NCBI RefSeq assembly: GCF_003918875.1
Contig: NW_025767507.1
Location: 186,001-250,000 of the forward strand
Reading direction: 5' to 3'
DNA: 64,000 bases
From: Haliotis rubra
Lineage: Eukaryota
Shown here: positions 10,463 through 24,145 of the stretch, one piece after another
Layout of the letters: the number at the start of each line of letters is the position of its first letter
How positions within the stretch are numbered: the stretch's first letter is position 1
Position numbers and translations under genes: made by a program
The notes under the pieces: generated by a model
Seen by the model: only the letters and a program-made list of their open reading frames with translations
What the model was told of the DNA's origin: nothing
The model's database searches: none

Positions 10463-13016
10463 CCAGATAACCCAGATCATACCAATGCTTACAGTTTTCA
10501 CCAAAGTGATAAAGACCCGCATGGTTTTCTCCATGATGCAATGGTATGTTAAAGGACTGTTCCAAGCAACATTAACTGAAACTCAATCACCATTGTCAGT
10601 CACCTGTTTCAGCGGGAGTGTTCTCCTAACAACTCTTCCAACATCTCACTAACAACAGTTACACTTGTCAGGACCTAGACTGGAGCTGGAATTATAGTAT
10701 CCCATATATAATGTATGACATAACATAAGACAAACAAATATAACATCACAAATATAGTTTGAAACATTGCATTGAAAGATTTTCAAGCATTTGGAAAACA
10801 CCAAGGAAATTGAAAATATATACCTCTGACTTTTTATGTTATTTTTAATTCATGTAGGAAACAGACTGGTTCCAGTCTAGTGAGACGACGAACACATCAG
10901 GGACCTGTTGATCATAACCTCACCTACTGTCTCAGTATTTTCAGTGTAGTGGGAAAATGAAGGAGGAGGGACATGGACTCAGTTGTATCCCAGTTCTACG
11001 GGAGAATCATCTCAGGTGTTGGTAATGATGCCTGTATTCATATTTCAGTGTATCTTTTTGCTCTTAGATTTATAGAGAATGTTTTAAGTAATAGGCGGTC
11101 ATAACATCATGACTCTGTGTTATAATGTATTGACATTCTGCTGCATGGTCTGGTGACGCTTTGAAGAGTCTTCATTCAATGCTTCTTAGGTACTATTATC
11201 TTGAAAACACATTTAAAAAATATGTATTTCGTTCGAACAACAACTGTGACTAAGACTATTTAAGACCAATAAGTGGATGCTTCCCTGTCCAAACCAGTCT
11301 GTGTAGCCAGTTCCTAGCTCGGTGTGGAGAACCCTCATTTAGCACCAACTGTTCCAGAGATGCCAAAACCCTCCCGAATTTATCGGATTCATTAAAAAAA
11401 ATGCATGTCGATTCCGCCATTCTGACAAAGGCAAATTCATTCAAAATTCATTCCGATTTTGTTCAAAATATAACAAAGATATAGATAGAGGGCTAGGATC
11501 ATCTTTGACTATAAATAATGATAATTAAATAAATAGAACACTATATTTACAGAAGTTCTCAAATTGTTTACACAAGAAAGTAATCGGATAGTAGAGTAGG
11601 CTGCCTGATAAATTCCATGCACTGTTTTTTTATTCACTTAACATTCACAAACACTGCTGCCGAGTACTGACAACCCATTTCAGTTGTATAAGGATCGCTA
11701 TGTGTAATGGCATTGAAAGTTTCGTTCCTTGAGTGCAACAATTTATAAGGATCCTTCATTTGTAGGGAACATTTCTATTTTTTTCTATCTTAGGGAGCTC
11801 AGATTCCTAATTGCTCCAATTTGGGGTTGGCATCTCTGCTGTTCTATGGGAACCCTGGCTTCAACTCTGATCAACGTGTGCTGCCAGCTTCCTGTGTCCC
11901 TGGCCATGGCTTACGTACGGTGCTGGGAGAAATGTAAAACCACACTTCCCCCTTCGGTCTACGATTCAATGCGATTCTGTGTGTATGTTCTGGTTCCTGA
12001 GTTCTTGTTGCACCTCCATCTGTGTTTGTAAGGCCTTCTTTAGTGCAGGTGAACTGCTGTAAATGAAAGGGTCCTCGTGACGAGATCTATTTTAATGTGA
12101 ATCAACTTGGAAATTGAATATTTAAGTGTCACAGGTGGTTAGGGGATCAGTACAGTTTTTGTGGTAAACCCTTCCTCACTTCAAACCTTCCCTCCTCTCC
12201 ATGTCATAACGGAAATACGGTTCTAAGTGGTGTTACAAAGTCACCCCATTGGTCTCTTGAGTGGACACATGCACTGCTCTGAAGGAGCCAGCCAGCTTAG
12301 CCATTCACATCACAAAGATTAGAAAATTGTTTGATATTGCACAATCATAGAAATATTGATATTTTGGTAAATAGGCACTTGAGCTTAGCGTGTGGCATTA
12401 AGATTTGTTTGTAGGAAAGGTGAAAAATTTATATTTGTATTTAAGAAAACTATGTAGTTTCAGTTAGTATAGCTATTTTCTGATGTGATGTAATGAAATA
12501 TTTCAAATCATTCAGGTTTGTGGGATCTTCTTTAAGTATGACCTAGGTTCTGTACAGGGTTAGCTCGATACAACTGCATAGATAGGCGATGGAGACAGAG
12601 GCTTTGCGTGTCCAGCTTGGCATGGAACGCTTTCTGGGTTTGTCAGCACCATGTGAAGGTCTCCGGCCCACCCACATTAGGCTGATACAACTGTAGTACT
12701 GTTTATTGTGGCATTGAACTCAACTCACTCACTCACTGGGGTGGAATGAGAGGGAACTAGGAGTATGAAATACTCACGGTGGTGTTTCCATCAGTGACAG
12801 TGGCTTCAACTTGCAGTACTACACACTGCAGGCTCATCTCTAAGATAACTCTAAGACACTGGGTGAATTCCCAAACCTTGTTCTGGCCTCCCAGGAAACT
12901 GAAGGGCGTAATAGGTCCCAATTCAGCAGTGTTCCTCCCTGATGCAGGTCTTCAGTATACGACAGAACACCTTGCATGCCACCTGAGATTCCCCAGTACA
13001 CTAATCTTGTCTCAGT

Positions 13017-13240
13017 GATAGGTCCCCAGTGCATTAAGCTTGTCTTCTGTGTTGATTCAGAGGCAGGATAGGTCCCCAGTTCACATTTCATCCTGTGTGG
13101 ATTCTGGGGTAGAATATGTCCCCAGACATGATAGGTCCCCTGTCTTGCATCGTGTGTGGATTCTGAGGTAGAATATGTCCCCAAACAGGATAGGTCCCCA
13201 CCTTGCATCCTGTGTGGATTTCGTGGTAGAATATGTCCCA
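13017..13240 (+). repeat. ~60-bp minisatellite (about 4 copies)
   Basis: gataggtcccc...catcctgtgtggatt...gtagaatatgtccc repeated at ~13017, 13067, 13130, 13189. Confidence 0.8.
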
Positions 13241-15189
13241 GAGCCCTAAGCTTGTTACCCCATGTCGATTAGAGACAGGTTCACAGCCGATCATACAAGC
13301 TGACTGTTGTTTGGTCAATACCATGTGCAATATTGACTGCTGTCATTACGGCTGCATTGTTTTGGTTAGCAGGATTTCCTACCCCAGAATCAATTGTCGA
13401 CAGGTTGCTGGAATACGGCTGAAATGTTGCTGGCTGTAGCACAAAACAACATCCAGTCACTGGCTTACTGACCGATAGCACCACTGTAATTCCTTACTGA
13501 CTGATAGCACCACTGTAATTCTTTAATGATCCCAGATGTAGATCCTTTGAAATACTGTCATCGTCAGCATTATCCAATCTTTGTCTGCATCAGTTATCAT
13601 GCTGAAGATGATGATAGTCCAAAGTATTGATGCAGTGAGTAAATCAGTAGATGGGAATAACTTTTATAACAACATTCCTCGACTGAGGATGGAATGCATG
13701 TATTCTGATTCCTATCTCCATAAGGACATCAGCACTGTGACCTCTTTAATTCCCCATGGCAGTATTCCACTAAGGAGTTGTCAGTTTGGGCTGTCATGTC
13801 AGACCCACGATTCCCAAACAAAATATGAAATTTGTCATGTGTTTGTCAAAAGTGGGTTTGTTGAATGCATCTTCATCACCGATACCTTACATGTTGCTCA
13901 GTATGAATAACATGTTCATCCGGTCAAGTCTTGGTTATTATTTTGCTTCCACCATGATAATGCCATTTGTACAAATCTCTTAAACTTAGTGCATCACATT
14001 GGCCAGACACGTTTACTGTATTATGTATAAGTTGGTTTTCAGGATTTTATGGAGCATGGCCAACCAACCCAGTGGTTAAAGGCAATGAATGCTCGATGCA
14101 GACTTGCATCCTAGATCTGATTACCGAACAGGTCCTTCAGTATCTGTACTGATATATTGCCCACCCCAGTGTTGGCTACACCTCCCCTCTCTCTAGTCTT
14201 TATTCCTGACCACACTCCATGGTCCCATAAGATGTCTGTATGGCAAGTACACTTAGTTCTTGAAAGCCCAGATCCTTTACAAAGTCATTTACACTGGAAC
14301 TGATGTAACATCTGACAGACCAGAACCAACATACCAACAATATTTCTGGAACATTATTTAAGGAACTTGAACTTGATTATAGTCGACTGATAGTGAACCT
14401 CTATTTCATTGCTTCCGATTAATTAGAACATGAACAAACCTGAAGACAAACACTCAACACTGTATATAGTAAGTGTTATAGGTTTATTTCAGTAGAGCAC
14501 TATCTGGACATACACATCTGTGAGATACGTGGAGTCACTATGGTAGACAGTGACATCACTAGCAATCTATATGTGATTCCTGGCTATTGAACCAGCCAGA
14601 ACGCACAACCATGTGAGCTGTGAAAGTTAAACCATTCGCATGAATTGTAATCAAATACAGTACATTGAGCATGCAGTGTATATGTTGCAATGGTAAAAGC
14701 CATGTTTCTTTTTTACAAATTTGGGACATAACCTCAAGTATTCATACGCAATGAACAGTCTGATTTGAAGCCTAGGAATCTAATGTTTTGTCAATCAGAG
14801 TATGGCACACTTCATCTTACAATCACAGGTGATCAAGTGCATGGCACAAGTCCAGGCACCCTATCATCGTACATCATACAGGTGATACATCTTTGGCTGT
14901 ATGGAGCAGTTATATTTCCTTAAACTTTGTGAACTTAATTGGGATCCTTAATTATGCTGTATTAACTGCCGATATCGGTGTGAAATTGGGATGCCGATTT
15001 GATGTGAATCTATGAGAAATATTTCTATTTTTCCTATCTATTTATTACTATGTGTAATATGTTATTGCTAGGAATAACTGACGTTTCCGTGAGAATGAAC
15101 CTCCAAGAATATGTTGTTGTGTAATAACTGTGTGAATTGTGGGGGTTATCCCACGTTATGTACATATGCTTTTTTTAAAAGCAGAAAAA

Positions 15190-15195
15190 AATAAA
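15190..15195 (+). terminator. Candidate distal poly(A) signal of CUL5
   Basis: AATAAA followed ~25 nt later by a GT-rich tract (tgttgttcttg); a proximal AATAAA lies at 11528-11533. Confidence 0.4.
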
Positions 15196-15505
15196 AAGTG
15201 TATAATATGTCAGAGACCATGTTGTTCTTGATTCATCCAAGACGAGGAAGATCATTTCCTATTCAGGGATTTTCAGTATCTGCACAGCTACTCAAGACAG
15301 GTTCAGAATAATCAAACAACAGTCTTCAGAAGATGACAAACATCACCAACATGGAAAGAACAAATAATCTGATTGTTAAGCAGGTGAAACAAGAATCTGT
15401 CCAACTTGATTAAAGTATTCTTATTTTATCTGTCTGTACAGGAGCAGTTATTGACAATACCATGGAAATTGGATTTGGCACTTTGTAAATATTCATGGAT
15501 GTAAC

Positions 15506-15999
15506 CATCCTCGATAATCTCCAGGGTATACGTTACAATAACTCTCCACTATACCCTGGACGCAGCTACTGTTCCGCCGGATAATTTTATTACCTCCCTT
15601 GGCTGGCTTCTTATCCAATCAGGTGTCTACGCTGGGAAGTTGAGCGGACCAATCACAACTCACTTTCACTTCTTAAATTATCTAACCGATTAAACTTGGC
15701 AAAACAGTTGATGCAGAGGTACTCTGAAAGAGGTTGAAGGAGTTCTTGCATATCTTTTTTTACAGTTTCAGACCTGTAAATTTGTCTGTATGATTTCAAA
15801 AAAAATCTGAGTCGCACAGCGAACTAACCTTCGCGGCTGGGACCGCTTTCTTTGTTGACACTGGCAAGTTCGACTTAGCTGATTGGCTACTGTGAGAATG
15901 CGGAGCCAACCATAACAAAATCATCGGGCCAAGCCATAGATGCGTCCAGGGTATAGTGGAGAGTTATCGTAACGTATACCCTGGAGATTATCGAGGATG
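15506..15999. mobile_element. MITE, 494 bp, ~59-bp TIRs, 9-bp TSD
   Basis: TIR catcctcgataatctccagggtatacg...; perfect TSD ggatgtaac at 15497-15505 and 16000-16008. Confidence 0.92.
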
Positions 16000-16503
16000 G
16001 GATGTAACAAGATAATTTAAATTCTGTCATTAATTAAAAGAACCAGTGTACTGTTTGGTGTATGTGTACTGAAAAGAAATGGCACCTTCGGAGATAATTC
16101 ACACATGACATGAGTTGACATCCTGATCTTAGTGTATGCAAAGTTTCATGAATGGATACCAATTACTTTCTAAAATATGATCCAGGCAAGCTAACCAATA
16201 TGAACAAAGTCCAAGTCAAACTTGTTTCTGTGGATATGGACAGAAATATAACTTCTGAAAACCCCTTTCTAGCAAACGGCTCTGGTTTACAAGCTGGTAT
16301 TTGTGTGTCCAGGGTGTCATGGAAGTATCTATTGGCTTTAAAAGTATGATAAGGACAAATAACATGGACAGACAAGCTGAATTCTATACCGCCCTGTATT
16401 ACATAAGAGAGATGGGGGAAAGTCTTCTAGCCAAGTACAACTTGCAGACAGTTGATATTATACACAGCAAAATAACTAAAACTACCAAGTGGTGTTTTAC
16501 TGT

Positions 16504-16509
16504 TTTATT
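16504..16509 (-). terminator. Candidate poly(A) signal of POLR2F
   Basis: AATAAA on the minus strand ~300 nt after the stop codon. Confidence 0.5.
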
Positions 16510-16803
16510 ATACAACAATGATGATGATTCAAATGATGATTCATGAAAATGTGTAAAAATGGTCTGACACCATTTCTGTACCAAATCCCATCTTCAAAGA
16601 CATCTTACAGCAGCAAACTGATCCACTTCCTCCCTTCTGTCCTGAATTAACAAAATCCACTGAATAGTATGAATGTGAAATGATACAGCTAGATCATAGA
16701 TAGGCTGCCATCATGAGCTAGAGAAATAGGCTGCCATCATGGCACCTCCCATCAGTAACTGATGCTGTTCCTGATTTAACCAAGTCACACTGAGTTGACA
16801 TGA

Positions 16804-16894
16804 TCATTCTGTCATGATCAGTTCATCCAAAGCCCAATCTTCGAAGCTTCCATCTGGTAAATATCGCCGGATGATAAAGGGGATTTTTCTGGCC
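16804..16894 (-). CDS. POLR2F: POLR2F exon 5
   Basis: [29 protein letters not shown]. Confidence 0.95.
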
Positions 16895-19800
16895 CTGAAA
16901 CAGCAAATTGTGAGTGAGTGTTGTTTACTGCCTATTGTCAGTAATGTAAAAACATGTCACTAACACAACAGCAAGGCCGTAAGCTGAAGGAAAGCCCAAA
17001 GAGATACCCATCATGACAACAAACCATCACACACAGGTATAACCCTATCACTCCTAGGGTCATAAGGATGAAATCAGTAAAACCCAAGAATTAAGTAGTA
17101 GATCCTGACAACCATAACTGGAAGCAGCCACGCACAGCAGATCGTGCCCGAACCCCTTTAAGACCATCAATACTGCCAGTCTTTACTACAGTGTTGAAGT
17201 AACTCACTTGAGTTCCTTCATAGCAATCATAAGTGGATCAGTTTCTCCCTCCAGTTCCACCATCACAGGGGCACACATGCTGAAACACAGAGAAAAATAC
17301 AATAGAGACATAAATGTTGTAACAGACAATTTCATCAGAGGCACAAATTCTGGAACACAATCAGACATGGTTACATGCTGCTCTTTTCCAGCAGTATTAC
17401 TGCATGTCAGCTTAATGTGGGAAAGAGATATCATAATGGGAATTGCGACTTTTTCATACAAATCATGCAAAGGAACATCACTAGGGTTAATATTGGATTC
17501 AAACCTACAAATTAACAATTACTGAATCCTGATTCTGATGCTGCACCATGGACTGTCAACTGCGTGTGGTGCTTCTGTGGTCATGGTTGGCGTCAAATGC
17601 AAACTACAGACCTCTTTCAGTCAGCTGACTACATATTGCCTGAAAATCTCACACTTGTTTTAGACTTACGCTATTTGTAATGCTCTTGTTCCAAGAATCC
17701 TCGCCCTCTCGTATTTCGTCATATATCGGGATGTAATTCTCTTCATTGGTTCTACCTGACGAGGGGCATCATTAGGCAAGACTTCTATCTGCTCTTGGCC
17801 GACCTGAAAAAAACAGGACAACCTAGTAACAGTATCTACTTTAGTAATCTGCATTTATTGACCTCACAATGCATCACAAATTTACACCTGGTGCTGCATA
17901 ACAAGTCCCACTCATGTACAGAGAGTACCGCCCCAACCAAATGCTGAATTGGATTGCACAATACAATAAGAACTCCACTAAATTCACTTGCCATGCAAGG
18001 TAAACACTGACTTGTTGAAAGCAATAACCCTGTTGAAGAGCTCACAAAAAACTGATACTAATTAAGTATTCTGCTATGAAAGCATACCACAACAATCTTA
18101 GTATCCCCTGTTCTGATGGCGACTAGATTCACATCTCTTTTAGCAATGTTGCAGCAAGAACATGGCAAGAGGACCCAGAAACGGGCTTAATGCATATTGA
18201 ACCCGAGTCTTGGCATGATATGCAAACACGTTAACTACTAAGCTACTTTTCTGGACAAGAAAGTGTAACAGAAGTACCATATTTACATTAATATACAAAA
18301 ACAATCTCATCTTGGTTCTTGCTGCTGTTCAACAAAGATCCAAAGGCATCCCTTTACAGCTCAAGAACTTCTGGGAACATTAACCGACCAATAAAACAAC
18401 AAGAATTTCAACATTGGCCCATCACAAACTTGTGTTGTCAAGCTGTACATAACTTGTTTCAGTCTGGTAACTTCTATTTCAGACTACACTTTAAAACATA
18501 TCATGACATATTGACTCAACATTGAAACCTGAACTAAAGCCAGTAAAGGACATTCTGAAAAGTCTAAACAAATGACAGTGCTTCCCATACTAATTAATTA
18601 AACTCTCTTCTGTTCAAATATTTATCCCACTGCAGAGACAGATGATGATATTGAAAGAATCGATCATAAAGCCCATAATAGTTATTCAGAAAACCCTGTG
18701 TTAACCCTGTCAAGGCTTCATGGTTAGGAAACACATTCCCACTGTCCCGATCTGGTAACCACCATTATGATTGGTTGGATGAAAGGACATTCTTACATAA
18801 CCTGCAACATGATATCCTCTGATCTTTGTTAAGGAGGAACAAGAACAAAATCTGATTTTAATGAGATTGTGTACAAAAATTACCTCCGTATTCTCAGGTT
18901 CATCCAGGACCTCATCATCATCAAGATCATCAGCAGCTTCATCAAAGCTGCAATCACACACAATGGTCACTAATAAATCAGCATAGATAATCAAGTCATA
19001 AATTCTTTGTCAACAATTAATGTTTGTTAAATTTTACATAAGAAAGGATTAAATTCATTTTCAACCACCATGGGCGAGGATGACTTCTCTGTGTTTTTCA
19101 TGTGTATCTATTAGGCTCAGAATTGTGTCCAACTATTTTTTATTGTTGTTATGATTAACTACACATATTTAGTGAATGAATCCACATCCCTTTATGAATT
19201 CAATCAGTTACTTGCAATCACTAAAATAAATATTCATGTATTTTTTTTAAAGGTGCCTTACTTGAATTAGGATGTTATCTAAGTGCGATATGATGCAAAA
19301 TGAAATATATCCATGCAAGGCCGATTAATAGATAATTGTTGTGATGAATTATGTCAAAGTGGTCAAAACATGTCCAAAAATATATTTTGTTCCTATTTCA
19401 CTGAACATAATGAATAATACATCAACTGGTGACTTGTATTCATAAATCAATATTTGTATTTGCTACCCAATATTCGTTAAATGTATCATATTTGTCTTAC
19501 GATGAAACCATCACAGGAAATGAAAATATGAAGTCTCAAGCACCAGGCAAGATATGTACCCCAGTCAAACCTTGTCAAGTGTCTAAGGTGCTTGATCACC
19601 TGACTTAATGAAACCTTTCATGTAGTATCATATTATTTTCTCTCATGCAAATAACGTCCGGAATAAGAGGTTTCCAGATATATGGGGACAGGAGAAGCGG
19701 GATTCCACTTTAATCGTAATGGTGATGAGTGTGGTTTAAACATTCAAAATTTTTATTAACATACACCAATCTGTTTACAAAAAAAGAACCTATTTCTGGA

Positions 19801-20255
19801 CTAGGTTAACGTTTCGTCTGTAAATTGGGTTGATGGTGTACTCACGCTTACAGAACACACAGTGTGAAATGTGAACGTGATAAATGACTATTGACAAATA
19901 CCATATAATCCCTCTATTTTATGGTCTCTGATAAAAGCGAATGAATTATGGTGTCTGGATTCTGTTTCAGTCTCACTGTCATCAGCTGATCGTAAGTATG
20001 GTAGGCTTTCATTCATCCCAAACACGTGTTTCGATTCATAAACAATTTACTGATATATAAAAACACTAGTCCTGTTTGTTTTGTAAAGACTACCGGTATT
20101 TCTCAAATCATGAGAATCATTAAGCAACCCTCTACCATAACATACAACCTTAGATGTACCAAAACCTGGCAATACGTAATTAACACGAGCTAAATGGAGT
20201 CAAATATTGCAAAATAGTCTTACTCATCGCCATCGAAATCCCCATCGTCAGCCAT
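16804..20255 (-). CDS. POLR2F: DNA-directed RNA polymerases I, II and III subunit RPABC2 (RPB6), complete, 5 exons
   Basis: Exons 20255-20224, 18947-18884, 17803-17670, 17279-17208, 16894-16804, all GT-AG and phase-consistent; acidic N-terminus then [69 protein letters not shown]. Confidence 0.97.
17208..17279 (-). CDS. POLR2F: POLR2F exon 4
   Basis: [23 protein letters not shown]. Confidence 0.95.
17670..17803 (-). CDS. POLR2F: POLR2F exon 3
   Basis: RPB6 signature [17 protein letters not shown]. Confidence 0.95.
18884..18947 (-). CDS. POLR2F: POLR2F exon 2 ([21 protein letters not shown])
   Basis: tgcag/gtaatt boundaries, acidic tract. Confidence 0.88.
20224..20255 (-). CDS. POLR2F: POLR2F exon 1 ([10 protein letters not shown])
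   Basis: aacATGg start context, gtaag donor. Confidence 0.88.
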
Positions 20256-20400
20256 GTTGACAGCAAGTGCCCTCTATCGGCGTTGTGACCGGTTATCTAC
20301 CCTTGGGTTCTCCCGCTCCAGAAGGCGTCTTTGGGTGACTGTTCGGGAATCGTGAACAAATGCATTTATTACTCGGGCTGAAGAACTTACGTTAGATGTA
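20256..20400 (-). promoter_or_regulatory. Probable POLR2F 5'UTR/core promoter, with a CTCF-like motif
   Basis: Local CpG enrichment directly upstream of the ATG; gtgccctctatcgg (~20267-20280) resembles the CTCF consensus. Confidence 0.4.
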
Positions 20401-21179
20401 GAATAACAAGAAATCACTTTATTTGTGTGCGTTTCCAGAATTATAAACTGAGTAAGAATTGGAAAAGAAAATCTGATTTTACCATTCTTTACACATCGTC
20501 CAAAGCACATGTAAAGCACGTGCTTATCTAAAGCTGTGGGTCACGTGTTCACGTGCTCCGAAGGCATCAAGCACATTGGGATATAAATTTCATAATTGCA
20601 ACATGTGCACTACATTTTTCTCAACTGATTTAAAAGATGATAGTACTAAAACTATTCTTTAAGACTGTCAGATGGCAAGTTATTGACATACATGAGGCAA
20701 GTATGTCCTATAGATGGCAACCTAGTGCCATTTTGAACAGAATCGTCTCGGCTATGAGTCGGCTTGTGGAAGCCCGTGGCCACTAGTGAAGTAAAGGATC
20801 GCCCACGATGTGGAAGACCGGAAAGACCAATGACCGTGAACCATCAGAGTGAGTGAGTGAGTTTAGTTTTAGGCTGCTTTTCTGGGGATACAGGCAGGAA
20901 CGCCTGGTTTGGCTGCTACCTCCACCACGTCAGCAACGGCCGTAGTTGTGTATGGAGACGTTGAACATTACGAGGCGTATAACCAGGAGGTGATTCTTGC
21001 AGCTGAACACTGGTGGCTCAATGATGGTGTGGGGATGCCTTTTGTATGACTACAAGCTTGATTACAGTACCGTGACGCTTACTGGTCAACGTTATCAACA
21101 GGAAGTAAAGGATACCGTGAAGAAATTGCAGACTGAGGAATGGTAGTGTGGGATTCTGGCATACAATCATTAGGAAATA

Positions 21180-21560
21180 AGCATCGATTACCAAGCACGA
21201 TGTCAATATCTGGTATAACACCCACCAACAGCAATAACATTCCTCACCCTCCTTGACTGTATCAGACGTTGAGGTATGGTGTTGCATGTTTTGATAGAGG
21301 AATGGTTCCAAAACATCAAAGTTTTGGAGGATGTTTCTGGCGTTTTGTGCGATAATACATGCTCAGTAGGTTTCATCGGAATGTGGTACAACAATGTCAG
21401 TGATGTACCCTTGTCTATTCAGATTTTGTCCTATCGTCGAAAGGTCAAGTTTAAAGTTACGTGAGAGGCACCCACAACACCATTTTTGATACTTTCTCCA
21501 AGATATTCTGTGGTGCATATGTAATGTTTCTGCGGCACCAAACACGAGCTCGGACATCAG
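21180..21560 (-). pseudogene. Degenerate Tc1 transposase C-terminal relic
   Basis: TIPQRLIQSRRVRNVIAVGGCYTRY resembles the Tc1 C-terminus (IPQ..I.SMRRR..AVI...GG.TRY); upstream GQNLNRQGYITDIVVPH. Confidence 0.55.
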
Positions 21561-21714
21561 TCATGAAAAAAAGAAATCGACTTTCGTGCCACCAGTGGAC
21601 CCTCCCCCGTCATTCACATTATATAGTTACAATTCTTAACTTTGATCGTAGCCAATGTGTTAAGAATGGGCTTAAGAAGTTCGTAGGGATACGAACGTTT
21701 CGAGAATAGCTAGC

Positions 21715-23600
21715 CAGGTCAACTTCCCTCAGGTAGTTAACAAATGCCCACTCACGCGGAAAAACAGATCTTTCAGATTTCTCATATCATAATGTGAATC
21801 CCTTGCAGTTGAAAAGTCAAGCAGAATATGATTGATGGTGAACACTTCGTCGCAAGAGACACACACGGGAGGTCCATCCCCATCCGTTTTCAGCAGATTG
21901 TCATGAGTAAACTGACTGTGGCCAAGACAACATCTACGAAAAATTACCTCATCACGTCTTCAACAACCCAAGTAAGTACAACCACAATAGGTTTCAATTC
22001 ATGAAGTTATTTCTTCCACCTTGGGTGTCCCACCTTTTTTCGAGTATGACTTTTGATAGTTTGTTTGAAATCATTGTTTCATTATCAGAGTTACAATTGA
22101 CAGATGTCCTTTCTTGATGGGTTTGGTATTTCTGGAACTGAGGGTTATAATTTGATGAGGAGGAGTGGTTTGCCAAAGTTTCGCCAAGTTTGTTTGCAAT
22201 TTCAAATTTATTTGTTAAGAGAGAATCCAGAAACCAGATTTTGATCCTTTGCCCTTAATCATGTTCCACACTTTGAACATGGGAGTGCGGGAGTTGATTT
22301 TGGATACATATTTCCTTCATGACAGGCATTTAGTTTGTTTAAAGGTACGCCTTGCCCTGGCATTTGTCATTTTAACAGCATTCAGGTTATGCAGAGTTAT
22401 GCTTTCTTCCTATTTTTTCTAGCTTGTTTGCAGTTTGTATCAAACCATGTTTTGTGTATGTGCGGGTTTGGAGAGGATTTAGGAATGGTTTGGTCTCCAA
22501 TGGCATTTAGGACGTCTGAAAATAGTTCCATGGGAACATTCCTGAAATTGTCTGGTTTAAGTTTTTCAGAGCATAGCGTTTGGAATAATGACCAATTGGC
22601 CTTAGTAAAATTCCACCTTGTTGAAGGTGGTTCATCCGTGGGATCGATGGGAGTAAGAATTGTTGGGAAGTGGTCACTTCCACATAGGTCATCATGGACC
22701 GACCAATCAAACTCGTTTAAAAGATTAGAATCCGTAAGTGAGAAATCAAGAGCAGAGTATGTTCCAGTGGCAGGATGGAGATAAGTGTTTGATCCATTGT
22801 TGAAATGCATAGATCATTATTTGAGAGAAAATCTTCAAGGACCTTTCCCTTAGTGTTCGTATCGGTACTCCCCCATAGGGGATTATGGCCGTTCAAGTCG
22901 CCCATAATTATACATGGCTTCGGGAGTTGATCATACAAGTTCTGAAGATCTGATAGGCGGATAGTTGAGTTAGGAGGAAGATAGAGTGAACATAGTGTAA
23001 ATTCTACGTTCAGAGTCATGCGGACAGCAACAGTTTGTAGGTTGGTGTTAAGTGGAACAGGGCTCTGGAGGATGTCCTGCCTCACCAGGATAGAAGTGCC
23101 TCCTGTAGCTTTAACACAGGGAGGAGAAAAGGAGAGGTAGGGACTGTACCGACGGATGTCAGATTGATCAGTCCTTTTTAAGTACGTTTCTTGGAGACTA
23201 AAGGCGGATGGTTTATAGTCTTGGATAAAAAACTGTAGTTCATTAAAATTATTCTTAAGTCCCCTGCGATTCCACTGAATCATGCTTTGTGGCTGTATGG
23301 TGCTTCCACCGGTGAAATATCACGTGAACGTGAGGAAGCGTTTGAAGAACTCCTATTGGTGTCAGGTGGAGATGGAGTGACCTCCATATCCAGAGGACCA
23401 AAGGAGTTGTGGACCTCGACGGGGACCTCTAAAGGAGAGGTGGCCTTTAGTCGTGTTGCTTTGTGCTCTGGGGATAACAACGTCTGATAGGTCGTCTGGC
23501 TCTTTAAACTGCCCTATAAACGATTTTTTTTTCGATTTCGGACCGTTCTGTTGGACAAGCGACGATGTGGAAGCCACTTGACAGGAATGGGTGAAGTCTT
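21715..23600 (-). mobile_element. Non-LTR retrotransposon (I/Nimb-like LINE), 5'-truncated, RT/RNase H deleted, frameshifted
   Basis: APE endonuclease motifs IQWNRRGL, LQET, MGDLNGHNPLWGS, SDHFP (23283-22400); ORF1 tail at 23280-23600; C-terminal region GHSQFTH..PPCVSCDEVFTINHIL at ~21800-21930. Confidence 0.85.
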
Positions 23601-24145
23601 GTGATTCCGAGAAGCGCTGTATCCTCCTTAGGAGTTGTCACTCGTGTTCGACCCGAACTCTGGCGGTCCTTAATGTCATTAGTTTGCTGATGCTTTCAGA
23701 CCAATCGGATGACAACAAACACATTTTGCAATAGCCCTCAGGGGCATGTCAGCATTCCTCAAATCAATAGCTTGTCATCTTTGTGCAGTTGTCAGCCGAG
23801 GAGACCCCATATTTGCTTGATTTTCCAAGCTATAAGAACAATTTACTGAAACTTGGTATTTGCTTAATGATTGGTACAGTTACTGCACGTGAAGCTCGCC
23901 TTTGATCAAAGCACGTTCACATCTAGAATTAATGAACGATGCGCAACGTAATCATTCAAGCAAACATAATATTTATATGAATATAACCGACTATATGGGG
24001 TTAAAAATCGTAAATATTGTCATGCTTTTGTCCATGTTTATAGAACCTTCGTTAGATAGTATCGTGAATATTTATGTCTGATTCAGTTACTACTTGATAA
24101 TTATATATTTACTTGCTGGGAGTGGTTGAAGTACATGTAAATATA

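Noticed and set aside
13017-13240. CRISPR-like periodic repeats (also 7880-8095 and the HINE cores)
   Set aside because: Units are whole tandem copies without unique spacers, in a spliceosomal eukaryotic locus with no cas genes.
13250-14300. Possible ancient LINE RT relic on the minus strand (DNADDD near 13560-13578)
   Set aside because: Only isolated motif-like fragments; too decayed to support without a profile search.
19805-19830. aacgtttcg motif resembling a Penelope hammerhead half
   Set aside because: No CUGANGA-like core or stem II nearby.
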